NCBI GenBank assembly: GCA_963666835.2
Contig: CAXXGO010000001.1
Span: 32,001 to 96,000 of the forward strand
DNA from: Phycisphaerae bacterium
GTDB taxonomy: Bacteria; Planctomycetota; Phycisphaerae; UBA1845
Direction: 5' to 3'
Length of the DNA stretch: 64,000 nt
Made by a program: the position numbers and the translations under genes. This document shows positions 38,162 to 47,682 of this stretch, piece by piece. How positions within the stretch are numbered: position 1 is the first letter of the stretch; each line of letters begins with the position of its first letter. A model generated the notes under the pieces. The model worked only from the letters and a program-made list of their open reading frames with translations, was not told the DNA's origin and did no database searches.

Positions 38162-39592
38162 ATGCCGGACTACGACAAGTACGAAACGCCGTTAGTGACT
38201 CGCTACGCCTCGCGGGAGATGAGCGAGCTTTTCAGTGCTCGCATGCGAATTCTGACGTGGCGGCGTCTGTGGCTTGCCCTGGCCGAGGCGCAGCGCCGCG
38301 CCGGGCTCAAGATCTCCGCGCGGCAGATCAGTCAGCTCAGAGCCACGCTTGAGGACATCGACTTCGCGGCCGCGGCCCGCTACGAGAAACGTACCCGTCA
38401 CGACGTGATGGCCCACCTCCACGCGTGGGGTGACAAGGCCCCCGCTGCCCGGGGGATTCTTCATCTGGGGGCGACCAGCGCCTTCGTTGTTGACAATGCC
38501 GATTTGATTATCCAGCGAGACGCCTTGCGGTTGATCGCGAACTGGCTGGCCGGGGTGATTCATGCTCTGGCGCTTTTCGCCAAGAAGCACCGCGCGTTGC
38601 CGGTGCTGGGGCTGACCCATTATCAACCCGCCCAGGTGACCACGGTGGGGAAGCGGGCGGCGCTTTGGTGCTACGACTTCGTTCGTGATCTCGACGAGGT
38701 TGAGTACCGCCTCGATCAGCTTCGTTTCCGAGGCGTCAAGGGTACGACCGGTACCCAGGCCAGCTTTCTGGAACTGCTCGGAGGTAACCACGCCAAGGTG
38801 CACCGGCTGGAGGCGGATGTAGCCCGCCAGCTCGACTTCCGCCAGGTGGAGCCGATCACTGGCCAGACCTATTCCCGCAAGGTGGATGCCCAGATGATAT
38901 CCACGCTGGCCCAGATCGCGACGAGCGTCCACAAGTTCGCGAATGACATCCGCTTGTCAGCTAACTTGAAGGAGATCGAGGAGCCGTTCGAAAAGACCCA
39001 GGTCGGGTCGAGCGCTATGGCGTATAAACGCAACCCGATGCGCTGCGAACGGGCGACGGCTTTGGCCCGGTTCGTGTTGTCGTTGGTCCAGTCGCCTCTG
39101 CAGACCGCGGCCGAGCAGTGGTTCGAGCGAACGCTGGACGACTCGGCCAACAAGCGGATCGCGGTCCCCGAGGCGTTCCTGGCCACGGATGGAATCCTCC
39201 GCATTGTCAGCAATGTTGCGTCCGGTTTGGTCGTATACCCCAAGGTCATCGCGAAGCGGTTGCGGGCGGAACTGCCGTTTATGGCTACCGAGGACATTCT
39301 CATGGCGGCCGCCGGGGCCGGGGGCGATCGCCAGGAACTGCACGAGAAGATCCGGCAGCATTCCCACGCCGCGGCCGCGCGGGTGAAGTTGGAAGGCAAG
39401 GAGAATGACCTGCTGGATCGGCTCCGGCAGGATCCGGCGTTTGCCGACCTGAGTCTGAAGGACGTGATGAACCCGCGGCGGTACGTGGGACGTGCCCCGC
39501 AGCAGGTGGATGAGTTCGTTAAGGAGTTCGTAACCCCGATCCGCCGGCGATACCGCCGCGTACTGTCGCGTGACAGTGAGCTGACCGTCTAG
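38162..39592 (+). CDS. purB: Adenylosuccinate lyase
   Basis: Y..PL..RYAS.EM, RHDVMAH, HLGATS, THYQPAQ.TTVGKR, GSSAMAYKRNPMRCE signature. Confidence 0.97.
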   Translation: MPDYDKYETPLVTRYASREMSELFSARMRILTWRRLWLALAEAQRRAGLKISARQISQLRATLEDIDFAAAARYEKRTRHDVMAHLHAWGDKAPAARGILHLGATSAFVVDNADLIIQRDALRLIANWLAGVIHALALFAKKHRALPVLGLTHYQPAQVTTVGKRAALWCYDFVRDLDEVEYRLDQLRFRGVKGTTGTQASFLELLGGNHAKVHRLEADVARQLDFRQVEPITGQTYSRKVDAQMISTLAQIATSVHKFANDIRLSANLKEIEEPFEKTQVGSSAMAYKRNPMRCERATALARFVLSLVQSPLQTAAEQWFERTLDDSANKRIAVPEAFLATDGILRIVSNVASGLVVYPKVIAKRLRAELPFMATEDILMAAAGAGGDRQELHEKIRQHSHAAAARVKLEGKENDLLDRLRQDPAFADLSLKDVMNPRRYVGRAPQQVDEFVKEFVTPIRRRYRRVLSRDSELTV

Positions 39593-39841
39593 GCGAGGAT
39601 CCGGTGTTTGGCGAGGGCCGCTCCCGAAAGGGACACGCGGTGTCCTTCCCCCCTTGCCAAGGGGGATTGAGGGGGGTTGTCGGCGGGAGAGACTCCGACC
39701 AGACGATCGAGTCGTCAGGACGGGCCTCCACCAATCCCGCCCTTAATACGAAGCGGGGGCAGAAGGTGCGAGCGCCTTCCCCAGGTCGACCCGAGTATCG
39801 GGACAGTTATGTCAGGAAACAAGTGTCAGGAGGTTTGATTC

Positions 39842-40366
39842 GTGGATAGGAATGAGGTGGCCGCACGGGTTCGGGAGTCCGCTTACTTGGAGGGCGATTT
39901 CACTCTGCGTTCCGGGCGCAAGAGCAATTACTATCTCGATAAGTACCTGTTCGAGACCCAGCCGGACATCCTGCGGGCGCTTGGTGACATGTTCGCCGAG
40001 TATGCCCAGGGTTCGACAACGTTGATTGCGGGCGCGGAGCTTGGCGGAGTGGCCTTGGCCGCGGCGGCGGCGATGAGCGCGAACAAGCCGTTCGTAATCG
40101 TCCGCAACGCCAAGAAGGACTATGGAACCCAGAAACCCTTCGAGGGCAAGCTGGCCAAGACCGACTCGGTGTTGTTGGTCGAGGATATCGCTACGACGGG
40201 CGGGCAGGTTCTTGAAGCCGCGAAGTTCATGACCGAGTTTGGGGCCAAGGTCGAACGAATAGTCTGTGTGATCGATCGCCAGGAGGGTGCCCGCGAGAAC
40301 ATCGAAGGGGCCGGCTTCGTTTTCGATTCTCTGTTCACCAAGGCGGATCTCGGAATCAAGAGCTGA
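39842..40366 (+). CDS. pyrE: Orotate phosphoribosyltransferase
   Basis: GDFTLRSGRKSNYYLD, R..KKDYG, LVEDIATTGG, VIDRQEG. Confidence 0.96.
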   Translation: MDRNEVAARVRESAYLEGDFTLRSGRKSNYYLDKYLFETQPDILRALGDMFAEYAQGSTTLIAGAELGGVALAAAAAMSANKPFVIVRNAKKDYGTQKPFEGKLAKTDSVLLVEDIATTGGQVLEAAKFMTEFGAKVERIVCVIDRQEGARENIEGAGFVFDSLFTKADLGIKS

Positions 40367-40569
40367 CCGGGGATGTCGGCTCTGACAGTCCATTGAAGAA
40401 GGGGGCAGGCACCTCGCCGAAGGCGTCTCTTGATACTGTGAGTGGGGAGTGGGCGGGTGCCATGGCCCGCGTTTGCGTGGCCATGAAGAGTCCGGGTGGC
40501 CCGCCTCTTCAGAGACTGGCGTAGATGTAAGGTGCCAGGCATGCGGCATACCCTGTACGGAATACCCAG

Positions 40570-41056
40570 CCTAAAAGGCTGAAAGACAGTAGCCGTGGGC
40601 AAGCGCAGCGCCGCCCACGGACCGCGGTTTGCTACCTTCCGTTCGACCCTGAAAGGTGTCGCATCGAATGCTGGGCGGCCCATGGCTTCAGCCGTGGCGG
40701 ACGCCATCATGTAACGCAGGCATCCTACCTGCAGCATCTCGCACAACGCGCTGAACGACACCGCTTTCCGGACATGGCCTTGGACAATGCGCGCCGTCGC
40801 GGCAGGTCTCGTTCCTCGACCATGCCCTACGACTTCATGAGGCCCCCATGCGGTAAACCGTCCCGGTAGGGATATAAGGCAAGTAGCCACGGGTGGAGCG
40901 CAGCGGAACCCGTGGGTAGATTCGCTCCCACACGCTCCCGTCCCGAAGGGCTGGCGGACGGTTGCCGAGATCGCGCAAGAACAACGGCAGGTCTCGTTCC
41001 TCGACCATGCCCTACGAAAGAACCGCGGCAGGTCTCGTTCCTCGACCGTGCCCTAC
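40570..41056. repeat. Intergenic mosaic of palindromic repeats, including copy 1 of a ~200-bp composite unit (40859-41056)
   Basis: 29-bp REP at 40802, 40987, 41028; the CCACGGG..CCCGTGG unit recurs at 42090-42286 and 43730-43927; 40670-40830 resembles 43165-43324. Confidence 0.85.
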
Positions 41057-41129
41057 GAAAATGACGGGTTAGTGGCAGCGCACGTTTAGGCGGTCCGCCT
41101 CTTTGGAGGTGGGGGATGCCGCGAGAAAG

Positions 41130-41486
41130 TCACGCCGAACCAAGCGTGCCCTTATCGCTCCGCCGATAGGCGATGATTCGCACGTCCTCCAGAGTGATCA
41201 TTCCTTCGGTCACCATCTCGTCCAAACCGGGCAGGAACTTCCCGATCCGCTCGGGCATGTCCACGATCTCCACTACGATCGGCAGATCCTCGGAAAGCCG
41301 CAGCACCTTGGCAGTGTGCATGCGGCTGTCGGCCCCGAAGCCCATAATCGCGCGAACTACGGTAGCCCCGGCCAGGCCCTCTTCACGGGCTTTCAGAACG
41401 ATGGCCTCGTAGAGTGGTTTGCCGTGCCAATGATCGCTTTCGCCGATGAAGATGCGAAGAAGCTGTCCGTCGCCTTCGATTTTCAT
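41130..41486 (-). CDS. DUF190 (PII-like) protein
   Basis: LLRIFIGESD, GLAGATV.R.IMGFG, LSEDLPIVVEIVD; usual partner of crcB. Confidence 0.92.
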   Translation of the reverse strand: MKIEGDGQLLRIFIGESDHWHGKPLYEAIVLKAREEGLAGATVVRAIMGFGADSRMHTAKVLRLSEDLPIVVEIVDMPERIGKFLPGLDEMVTEGMITLEDVRIIAYRRSDKGTLGSA

Positions 41487-41498
41487 AACGCACCTGTT

Positions 41499-41879
41499 TC
41501 AGATTCCGACTGCGCGAACCGCCGCCCGTCCTGCGAGCACTGCGGCCAGCCCGAGCACGACATTACCGGCTATATTCAACAGAGCCCAACGCAGCTCGCC
41601 GTCTTTGAGAAGCTCCACCGTTTCGTATCCGAAGGTCGAAAACGTGGTGAACGACCCGAGGAATCCGATAGTCAGAAACAGCCGGGCGTTCGGACTCATC
41701 AGCGGCCGGTCCTCGAGCAGAGTCATCGCGGCTCCGATGACCAGGCACCCGAGCAGGTTCACTACCAGCGTGCCCATTGGCAGGACGCCGTCGTGCATCC
41801 GGTGTACCGCCCCGGACAGCCAATACCGCGCAATCGCCCCCACGAATCCGCCCGCACCGATGATAAGGAGCTTATCCAT
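41499..41879 (-). CDS. crcB: Fluoride channel CrcB/FluC
   Basis: GGFVGAIARY, PMGTLVVNLLG, GFLGSFTTFSTF. Confidence 0.96.
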   Translation of the reverse strand: MDKLLIIGAGGFVGAIARYWLSGAVHRMHDGVLPMGTLVVNLLGCLVIGAAMTLLEDRPLMSPNARLFLTIGFLGSFTTFSTFGYETVELLKDGELRWALLNIAGNVVLGLAAVLAGRAAVRAVGI

Positions 41880-42089
41880 GATCAGACTCTTAACGCGGCA
41901 CAGCGCCGTGGGCAAGCACATCGAGACGGGAAAGCTGCTGAGTGACCGGTCGGGTGCGGGTGCCATGGTCCACGCTTGCGTGGCCATGAGAAGAGCTGAT
42001 ATCGCGTTGAGGTGGAACGCTTCTTCAGGGGCGAGGCACTCATGTGCTATCGAACGTGCGCTAACTTCGCGAGGCGCCCATGGGGTAGA

Positions 42090-42345
42090 CCGTCCCGATG
42101 GGACGTAGGCAAGTAGCCACGGGTGGAGCGCAGCGGAACCCGTGGGAGAATTCGCTCCCACGTGCTCCCCGTCCCGAAGGGCCGGCGGACGGTTGCCGAG
42201 ATCGCGCAATAACAACGGCAGGTCTCGTACCTCGACCGTGCCCTACGGAACACCACGGCAGGTCTCGTTGCTCGACCGTGCCCTACGAGATCACACGCAC
42301 GTTGAGGGCGTCCAACAACAGAGCCCAGGGTAAACGAAGCGGCTG
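42090..42345. repeat. Copy 2 of the ~200-bp composite repeat plus tandem REPs
   Basis: Nearly identical to 43730-43927; REPs at 42218 and 42258. Confidence 0.85.
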
Positions 42346-42497
42346 TTCGAATCGGACCGGACTCGCGATAATCGCGCGCGTGCTGGCCCGGTGCCGGCTT
42401 CGTGGATATGATCGGGCAATCGTGAATAGCGACGAAACGTACGCAGATTAAGCTCGGTGAAGTAGACCGATTGCCGGTGGGCACGCGGCGCAATGTT

Positions 42498-43079
42498 ATG
42501 AATGAACGGTCGAATGGCGGTCGGGTCTGCGGTGCGGAGCGTTGTTGTCCCAAGTGTGACTACTCATTGCGGGGGCTTCCTGAGGAGCATACGTGTCCGG
42601 AATGTGGAATGGCCTGCGATCCCCATGCAATGGTAATCAGGTTGCAGCAGGGCGGCAGGGATCAGCGCCAGTTAACGTATGGTTGCTTATTGCTTGCAAT
42701 GATATACTTCGGCACGCGCAGTGCGGGGATTGGTCAAGATCACTCCCTGCTTATCGCGATGATTGCGGTGGGGATGTCGGCGGCGTGTTTCCGCCTTTTA
42801 AGGAGAAAGGGCCTGCCGCACCTGCTGATCCTGAACCGGGAGGGCGTGCGGTTCGAAGATACGCTGGCTGACTGTGATTCGATTCCCTGGCCGAAGATCG
42901 CGAAGGCCAAATACGGTTGGCTATCGGGCAAGCTCTACCTGGTAGGTCACGACGGAACCCGCCTTCTGAGTCGCCCCGGGCAACGGCTAGGTGAACCGCG
43001 TGCGGTGCGGAGCTGTGTCCGCGACATCAACCGGATGTTGGCGGTATACTCCGACGACGAGCGAAAAAGCCCCTGCTGA
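42498..43079 (+). CDS. Membrane protein with N-terminal zinc ribbon and possible PH-like C-terminus
   Basis: CPKCDYSLRGL...CPECG, two hydrophobic segments, then a G.....IPW..I motif. Confidence 0.7.
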   Translation: MNERSNGGRVCGAERCCPKCDYSLRGLPEEHTCPECGMACDPHAMVIRLQQGGRDQRQLTYGCLLLAMIYFGTRSAGIGQDHSLLIAMIAVGMSAACFRLLRRKGLPHLLILNREGVRFEDTLADCDSIPWPKIAKAKYGWLSGKLYLVGHDGTRLLSRPGQRLGEPRAVRSCVRDINRMLAVYSDDERKSPC

Positions 43080-43164
43080 CCGCGGATCGTAGTGCGAGGC
43101 ACGGCGTCGTCGTTGTTGGAGAAGTGATTGTGCCAGATGCTGAATACTAACGACCTCGGTTCAG

Positions 43165-43967
43165 CCGGGTGGCCCATGGCTTTAGCCATGGCGGACGGCA
43201 TCACGTAGCGCAGGCATCCTGCCTGCAGCATCTCGCGCGACGCGCCGAGCGACGGCGTTCCCCGGACATAGCTTTGGACAATGCGCGCCGTTGCGGCAGG
43301 TCTCGCTCCTCGACCGTGCCCTACAAGAGCGAAAGCACGCCGAAGGCGTTTAACAGCAAAGCCCAGGGTAGACGAAGCGGCGTAGCCGCTTCAGTGCCAC
43401 CCTGGGGCACCGGGCCTTCTCGAACACCAACCCCGAAGTGGGTTGAACAACGCCGGAACCCCGTTGGGGTTGATCTTTGATGTAATCGTGATCCCAGGGT
43501 AGCCGCTGCGCGGCAACCCTGGGCTGTAGGGCGCAACGCCTTCGGCGTAGTTCGGCACGCAACAAAGGACCGGGCTCGCGAGACACGCGGATGTCACATT
43601 TTCGTGTAACGCAGACCATTGCGACCCAGATGGCAGGGCTCGCTCCTCGACCATGCCCTACGCAAGAACCATGGCAGGTCTCGTTCCTCGACCGTGCCCT
43701 ACGAGTTCGTGAGACTCCCATGTGGTAAACCGTCCCGAAGGGACGAAGGCACGTAGCCACGGGTGGAGCGCAGCGGAACCCGTGGGAGAATTCGCTCCCA
43801 CGTGCTCCCCGTCCCGAAGGGCCGGCGGACGGTTGCCGAGATCGCGCAATAACAACGGCAGGTCTCGTGCCTCGACCGTGCCCAACGCAAGAACCACGGC
43901 AGGTCTCGTCCCTCGACCATGCCCTACGGAAGACCACGGCAGGTCTCGTTCCTCGGTCGCGCCCTAC
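43165..43967. repeat. 800-bp mosaic of palindromic repeats, containing the empty target site of the DUF1670 element
   Basis: REPs at 43296, 43633, 43674, 43858, 43899, 43939; uninterrupted GCAACGC-CT-TCGGCGTAGTTCGG at 43533-43555. Confidence 0.88.
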
Positions 43968-44157
43968 GGAGGGAACGACGATGCCCGGGCATGTACGCTG
44001 GCACCGGGCAGGTTGGAACAGACCGCCAGCGCTCGGTTACGGGTCAGCGGATGCCCGCTTGTGGCGGGTGCTCCCATGAGCCGATAAGTTGTTCGGTGGA
44101 AGATCATACACAAGATCGGGTGGATCTCCCCTCGAGCCCGGTTTGGGAACAACGAGA

Positions 44158-46623
44158 ATGGATACAAGACGACTTCAAGCTGACGGAACGCTCGGCCGGC
44201 TCAGTGAGCCGGAACGAGACATGGACGTGCGGCGCGTCGCGGTCGTGGGCAACTACCTACCCCGCCAGTGCGGTATCGCGACTTTCACGACCGACCTGTG
44301 TGATGCGCTGGTTACCGAGTACGAGGGGCTGCAGTGCTCGGTACTGGCCGTAAACGACATCGAAGCCGGGTACGAGTATCCGGCGCGCGTCCGTTATGAG
44401 CTGGCGGAGCAGGACCTGTCGTCGTATCAGCAGGCGGCCAGCTTCCTGGGGATCGGGAATGTCGACCTGGTCTGCCTTCAGCACGAGTTCGGCATCTTCG
44501 GCGGGGAAGCAGGCGGTCACGTTCTCGAGCTGCTGCAAGGACTGCGCATGCCGGTCGTTACGACCCTGCACACGGTTTTGCAGGAGATGCCGGCGCCCGA
44601 GTTCGGGGAAGTCTTTGCGGAGCTGGTGCAGCTTTCCGATCGGATCGTGGTAATCAGCCGGCGAGCGGTGGATATTCTGCAGGACGTCTACAAGATCCCA
44701 CGAGAGAAGATCGATGTGATCCCCCACGGCATCCACGATGTGCCGTTTGTGGACCCCAACTTCCATAAGGACAGATTCGACGTCGAGGGCAAGTTCGTAA
44801 TCCTCACCTTCGGGCTGCTGGGCCCTGCCAAGGGCCTGGAGTATGTGATCAAGGCTCTGCCGGCAATTGTCGAGCGTCACCCGAACGTCGTGTACATCGT
44901 TCTTGGGGCAACCCATCCGTATTGGCGAAAGGTCGAGGGCGAGGCCTATCGCGAGTCGTTGCAGAAGCTGGCCCGCGATCTGGGCGTCGAGGATCACGTG
45001 ATCTTCCACAACCGCTTCGTGGGTATCGACGAGTTACTCGAGTTCATCGGCGCGGCGGATATCTACGCCACGCCGTCTTTGGAGCCACAGCAGATCTCCT
45101 CCGGGACGCTGGCCTACGCCTTGGGGGCCGGCAAGGCCATTGTGTCAACGCCGTACTGTTATGCCGAGGAGTTGCTGGCAGACGGTCGCGGTTGCATGGT
45201 GCCGTTCAAGGACGCGTCCGCGGTTTCGCAGGCGGTCATTGATCTGCTCGACAATCCTACGAACATGCACGCGATGCGCAAACGCGCATACATGTACGGG
45301 CGGGAGATGACCTGGGCGAAAGTGGCGCGGCGATACATGCGTTCGTTCTCCCGGGCGCGCGAAGACCGCATGAAGCAGCCCAGAGCGGTTCTGCAGACTT
45401 CCGCTTCGCTGCTCAGGCCGATTGCGCTGCCGGAGGTGAAACTCGATCACCTGTGGCGTTTGACGGACGATACCGGGATCGCCCGACACGCCGTATTCAC
45501 CGTTCCCAATCGCGATGACGGCTATTCGACGGATGACAATGCCAGGGCACTAGTTCTGGCCGTCCTCCTGGAGGAGCTGGAAAAGGTGCCGATTATCGAG
45601 GCGGCACGGTTCTTGACTGAGACGTACCTGGCGTTCCTCGGGCACGCGTTCAGCAGGGACACCGGTCGCTTCCGCACCCGGATGGCGTACGATCGCCGCT
45701 GGGTGGAAGACGCCGAGTCAGAGGATTCCCACGGGCGGGCTTTGTGGGCGTTGGGTATGGTGGCGGGGCGGTCCGACAACACCTCGCTACGCGGAGTGGC
45801 GGCGGGGCTGTTCAGCATGGCACTGCCCGCTGCGGTGGAGGCGACTTCGCCCCGCGGGTGGGCGTTCACGCTGATTGGAATCTACGAGTACATGCGGCGG
45901 TTCCACGGCGATCACACCGCCCGGACCATCCGGCGGACTCTCGCGCATCGACTGACGGAGATGTACCGCCGCAATAGCTCGCCTGACTGGCCTTGGTTCG
46001 AGGACACCTTGACTTATGCAAACGCCAGACTGCCCCAGGCCATGATCCTCACCGGCCGCTGGATCGAATCCAAAGAGATGGTGGAGATGGGTCTGCACGC
46101 TTTGGGCTGGCTGGCGGACCTCCAACGGGCCGAGGACGGCTGTTTCTCTCCCATTGGCAGCCATGACTTCTACGCCCGCGGTGGTAACCGGGCGCGGTTC
46201 GACCAACAGCCGGTCGAGGCTGCGGCGATGGTCTCGGCGTGCTTGGAGGCCTATCGTCTCACCTCGGAAGAGCACTGGCGTGCGGAAGCGCGCCGGGCGT
46301 TTGACTGGTTTCTCGGTCAGAATGATGTTAAGCTCCCGGTTTACGATCCGTCGTCCGGAGGATGCCGCGACGCGCTGCATCCCGACCGGACGAGTGCAAA
46401 CCAGGGTGCGGAAGCGACCGTCTCTTTCCTCCTGTCGCTGGTGCAAATGCGCACTATCGAACCGACGTTGAACCAGAGCGAACAGGCTGTGGGCGAGGTG
46501 GCGGTTATGGGTGCGGCCCACTCGGCCTTGCGCAGTTCCGGGGTCCTTCCTCCAGGGCACGCTCTCGAGGTATTCGACCGATCTACACCTGAACGCTTCG
46601 TGGAGCATCCGCGGACAAGCTGA
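44158..46623 (+). CDS. GT4 glycosyltransferase fused to a C-terminal alpha/alpha-barrel (six-hairpin glycosidase-like) domain
   Basis: GNYLPRQCGIATFT, QHEFGIFGG, TFGLL..KG.E, SGTLAYA; then DDTGI..H, DDNARAL, EDSHGRALW, FDQQP, NQGAE; start could be 44221. Confidence 0.9.
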   Translation: MDTRRLQADGTLGRLSEPERDMDVRRVAVVGNYLPRQCGIATFTTDLCDALVTEYEGLQCSVLAVNDIEAGYEYPARVRYELAEQDLSSYQQAASFLGIGNVDLVCLQHEFGIFGGEAGGHVLELLQGLRMPVVTTLHTVLQEMPAPEFGEVFAELVQLSDRIVVISRRAVDILQDVYKIPREKIDVIPHGIHDVPFVDPNFHKDRFDVEGKFVILTFGLLGPAKGLEYVIKALPAIVERHPNVVYIVLGATHPYWRKVEGEAYRESLQKLARDLGVEDHVIFHNRFVGIDELLEFIGAADIYATPSLEPQQISSGTLAYALGAGKAIVSTPYCYAEELLADGRGCMVPFKDASAVSQAVIDLLDNPTNMHAMRKRAYMYGREMTWAKVARRYMRSFSRAREDRMKQPRAVLQTSASLLRPIALPEVKLDHLWRLTDDTGIARHAVFTVPNRDDGYSTDDNARALVLAVLLEELEKVPIIEAARFLTETYLAFLGHAFSRDTGRFRTRMAYDRRWVEDAESEDSHGRALWALGMVAGRSDNTSLRGVAAGLFSMALPAAVEATSPRGWAFTLIGIYEYMRRFHGDHTARTIRRTLAHRLTEMYRRNSSPDWPWFEDTLTYANARLPQAMILTGRWIESKEMVEMGLHALGWLADLQRAEDGCFSPIGSHDFYARGGNRARFDQQPVEAAAMVSACLEAYRLTSEEHWRAEARRAFDWFLGQNDVKLPVYDPSSGGCRDALHPDRTSANQGAEATVSFLLSLVQMRTIEPTLNQSEQAVGEVAVMGAAHSALRSSGVLPPGHALEVFDRSTPERFVEHPRTS

Positions 46624-46689
46624 GAGTACACCTCGGGTGCTTTGCTACTGCCCCGGACGCCGATAGTCCGATGACGGACGATAGAACCG

Positions 46690-47682
46690 ATGGACGAAAG
46701 CAGCTCCAAAAGGAGGATACCTCACGTTATGGTGACGAAGAACAGGCGCCAGGAGGAGCTGTTCCAGCGCAATCCCACCAATCCTATCTTGACGGCCGCG
46801 GATTGGCCGTATCCTACCAACACGGTCTTCAACCCGGGTGCCACTCTTCTGTCGGATGGCACGACTCTGTTGTTGTGCCGCGTTGAGGATCGTCGCGGGC
46901 AGTCGCACCTGACGGCGGCCCGCTCGGCGGATGGGGTTGGTGATTGGAGGATCGATTCTGAACCGACCCTGGTGCCCGATCCGGAGCGGTACCCCGAGGA
47001 ACTCTGGGGGATCGAGGACCCCCGGATTACGTACGTGCCGGAGCTGGGCAAGTACGCGGTGGTGTACTGTGCATATTCTCGTGGCGGTCCCGGGGTGTCG
47101 CTGGCTCTGACCGAGGATTTCAAGACGTTCGAGCGCTGCGGAGACGTCCTGCCGCCTGAAGACAAGGATGCCGCCCTGCTGCCCCACCGGATTGGTGGGA
47201 ACTGGGCGATGATCCACCGTCCGTCCGGTCCCGCCGGGGGGCACATCTGGATCTCCTACTCGCCCGACCTGCGGCACTGGGGTAATCACAAGCTGATCCT
47301 CGAGGCCCATCCCGGCGGATGGTGGGACTCGAGCAAGATCGGCCTGTCCCCTCCGTTGGTTGAGACGGAGCAGGGGTGGCTGATGCTCTTTCACGGCGTG
47401 CGAAAGACGGCGGCAGGATCGATCTACCGAGTCGGGGTGGCTTTGCTTGACCTGGACGTGCCCGAGCGTTGCCTGCGCCGCGGTGCGTCCTGGATCTTCG
47501 GGCCCGAGGAACCTTATGAGTTGTTCGGCGACGTTGGGAACGTCGTGTTTCCCGGTGGATACACGCTTGCTCCGGATGGTGATACGCTGAACCTCTATTA
47601 TGGTGGAGCCGACAGTTGCATCGCGCTCGCCACGGGCAGCGTCCGCCGAGTACTCGAATGGCTGCAAGAGAATTCACTTTGA
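46690..47682 (+). CDS. GH130-family glycoside hydrolase/phosphorylase
   Basis: NPIL, VFNPGA, GIEDPRIT, DKDAAL, HRP, YYGGAD; start could be 46729. Confidence 0.9.
   Translation: MDESSSKRRIPHVMVTKNRRQEELFQRNPTNPILTAADWPYPTNTVFNPGATLLSDGTTLLLCRVEDRRGQSHLTAARSADGVGDWRIDSEPTLVPDPERYPEELWGIEDPRITYVPELGKYAVVYCAYSRGGPGVSLALTEDFKTFERCGDVLPPEDKDAALLPHRIGGNWAMIHRPSGPAGGHIWISYSPDLRHWGNHKLILEAHPGGWWDSSKIGLSPPLVETEQGWLMLFHGVRKTAAGSIYRVGVALLDLDVPERCLRRGASWIFGPEEPYELFGDVGNVVFPGGYTLAPDGDTLNLYYGGADSCIALATGSVRRVLEWLQENSL

Noticed and set aside
41880..41960. Fluoride riboswitch upstream of crcB
   Set aside because: The GGCGATGG...AACCGC...GCTGATGAC consensus is not visible
43858..43967. CRISPR-like tandem of 29-bp repeats (also 40987-41056, 42218-42286, 43633-43702)
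   Set aside because: The spacers are only 11-12 nt and similar to each other, copies are dispersed in both orientations, and there are no cas genes; these are REP-type repeats
43350..44087. ORFs predicted in repeat regions (also 33036-33645, 36214-37214, 40120-40890, 42047-42553)
   Set aside because: Translations of palindromic repeats; the same pseudo-peptides recur wherever the repeats occur
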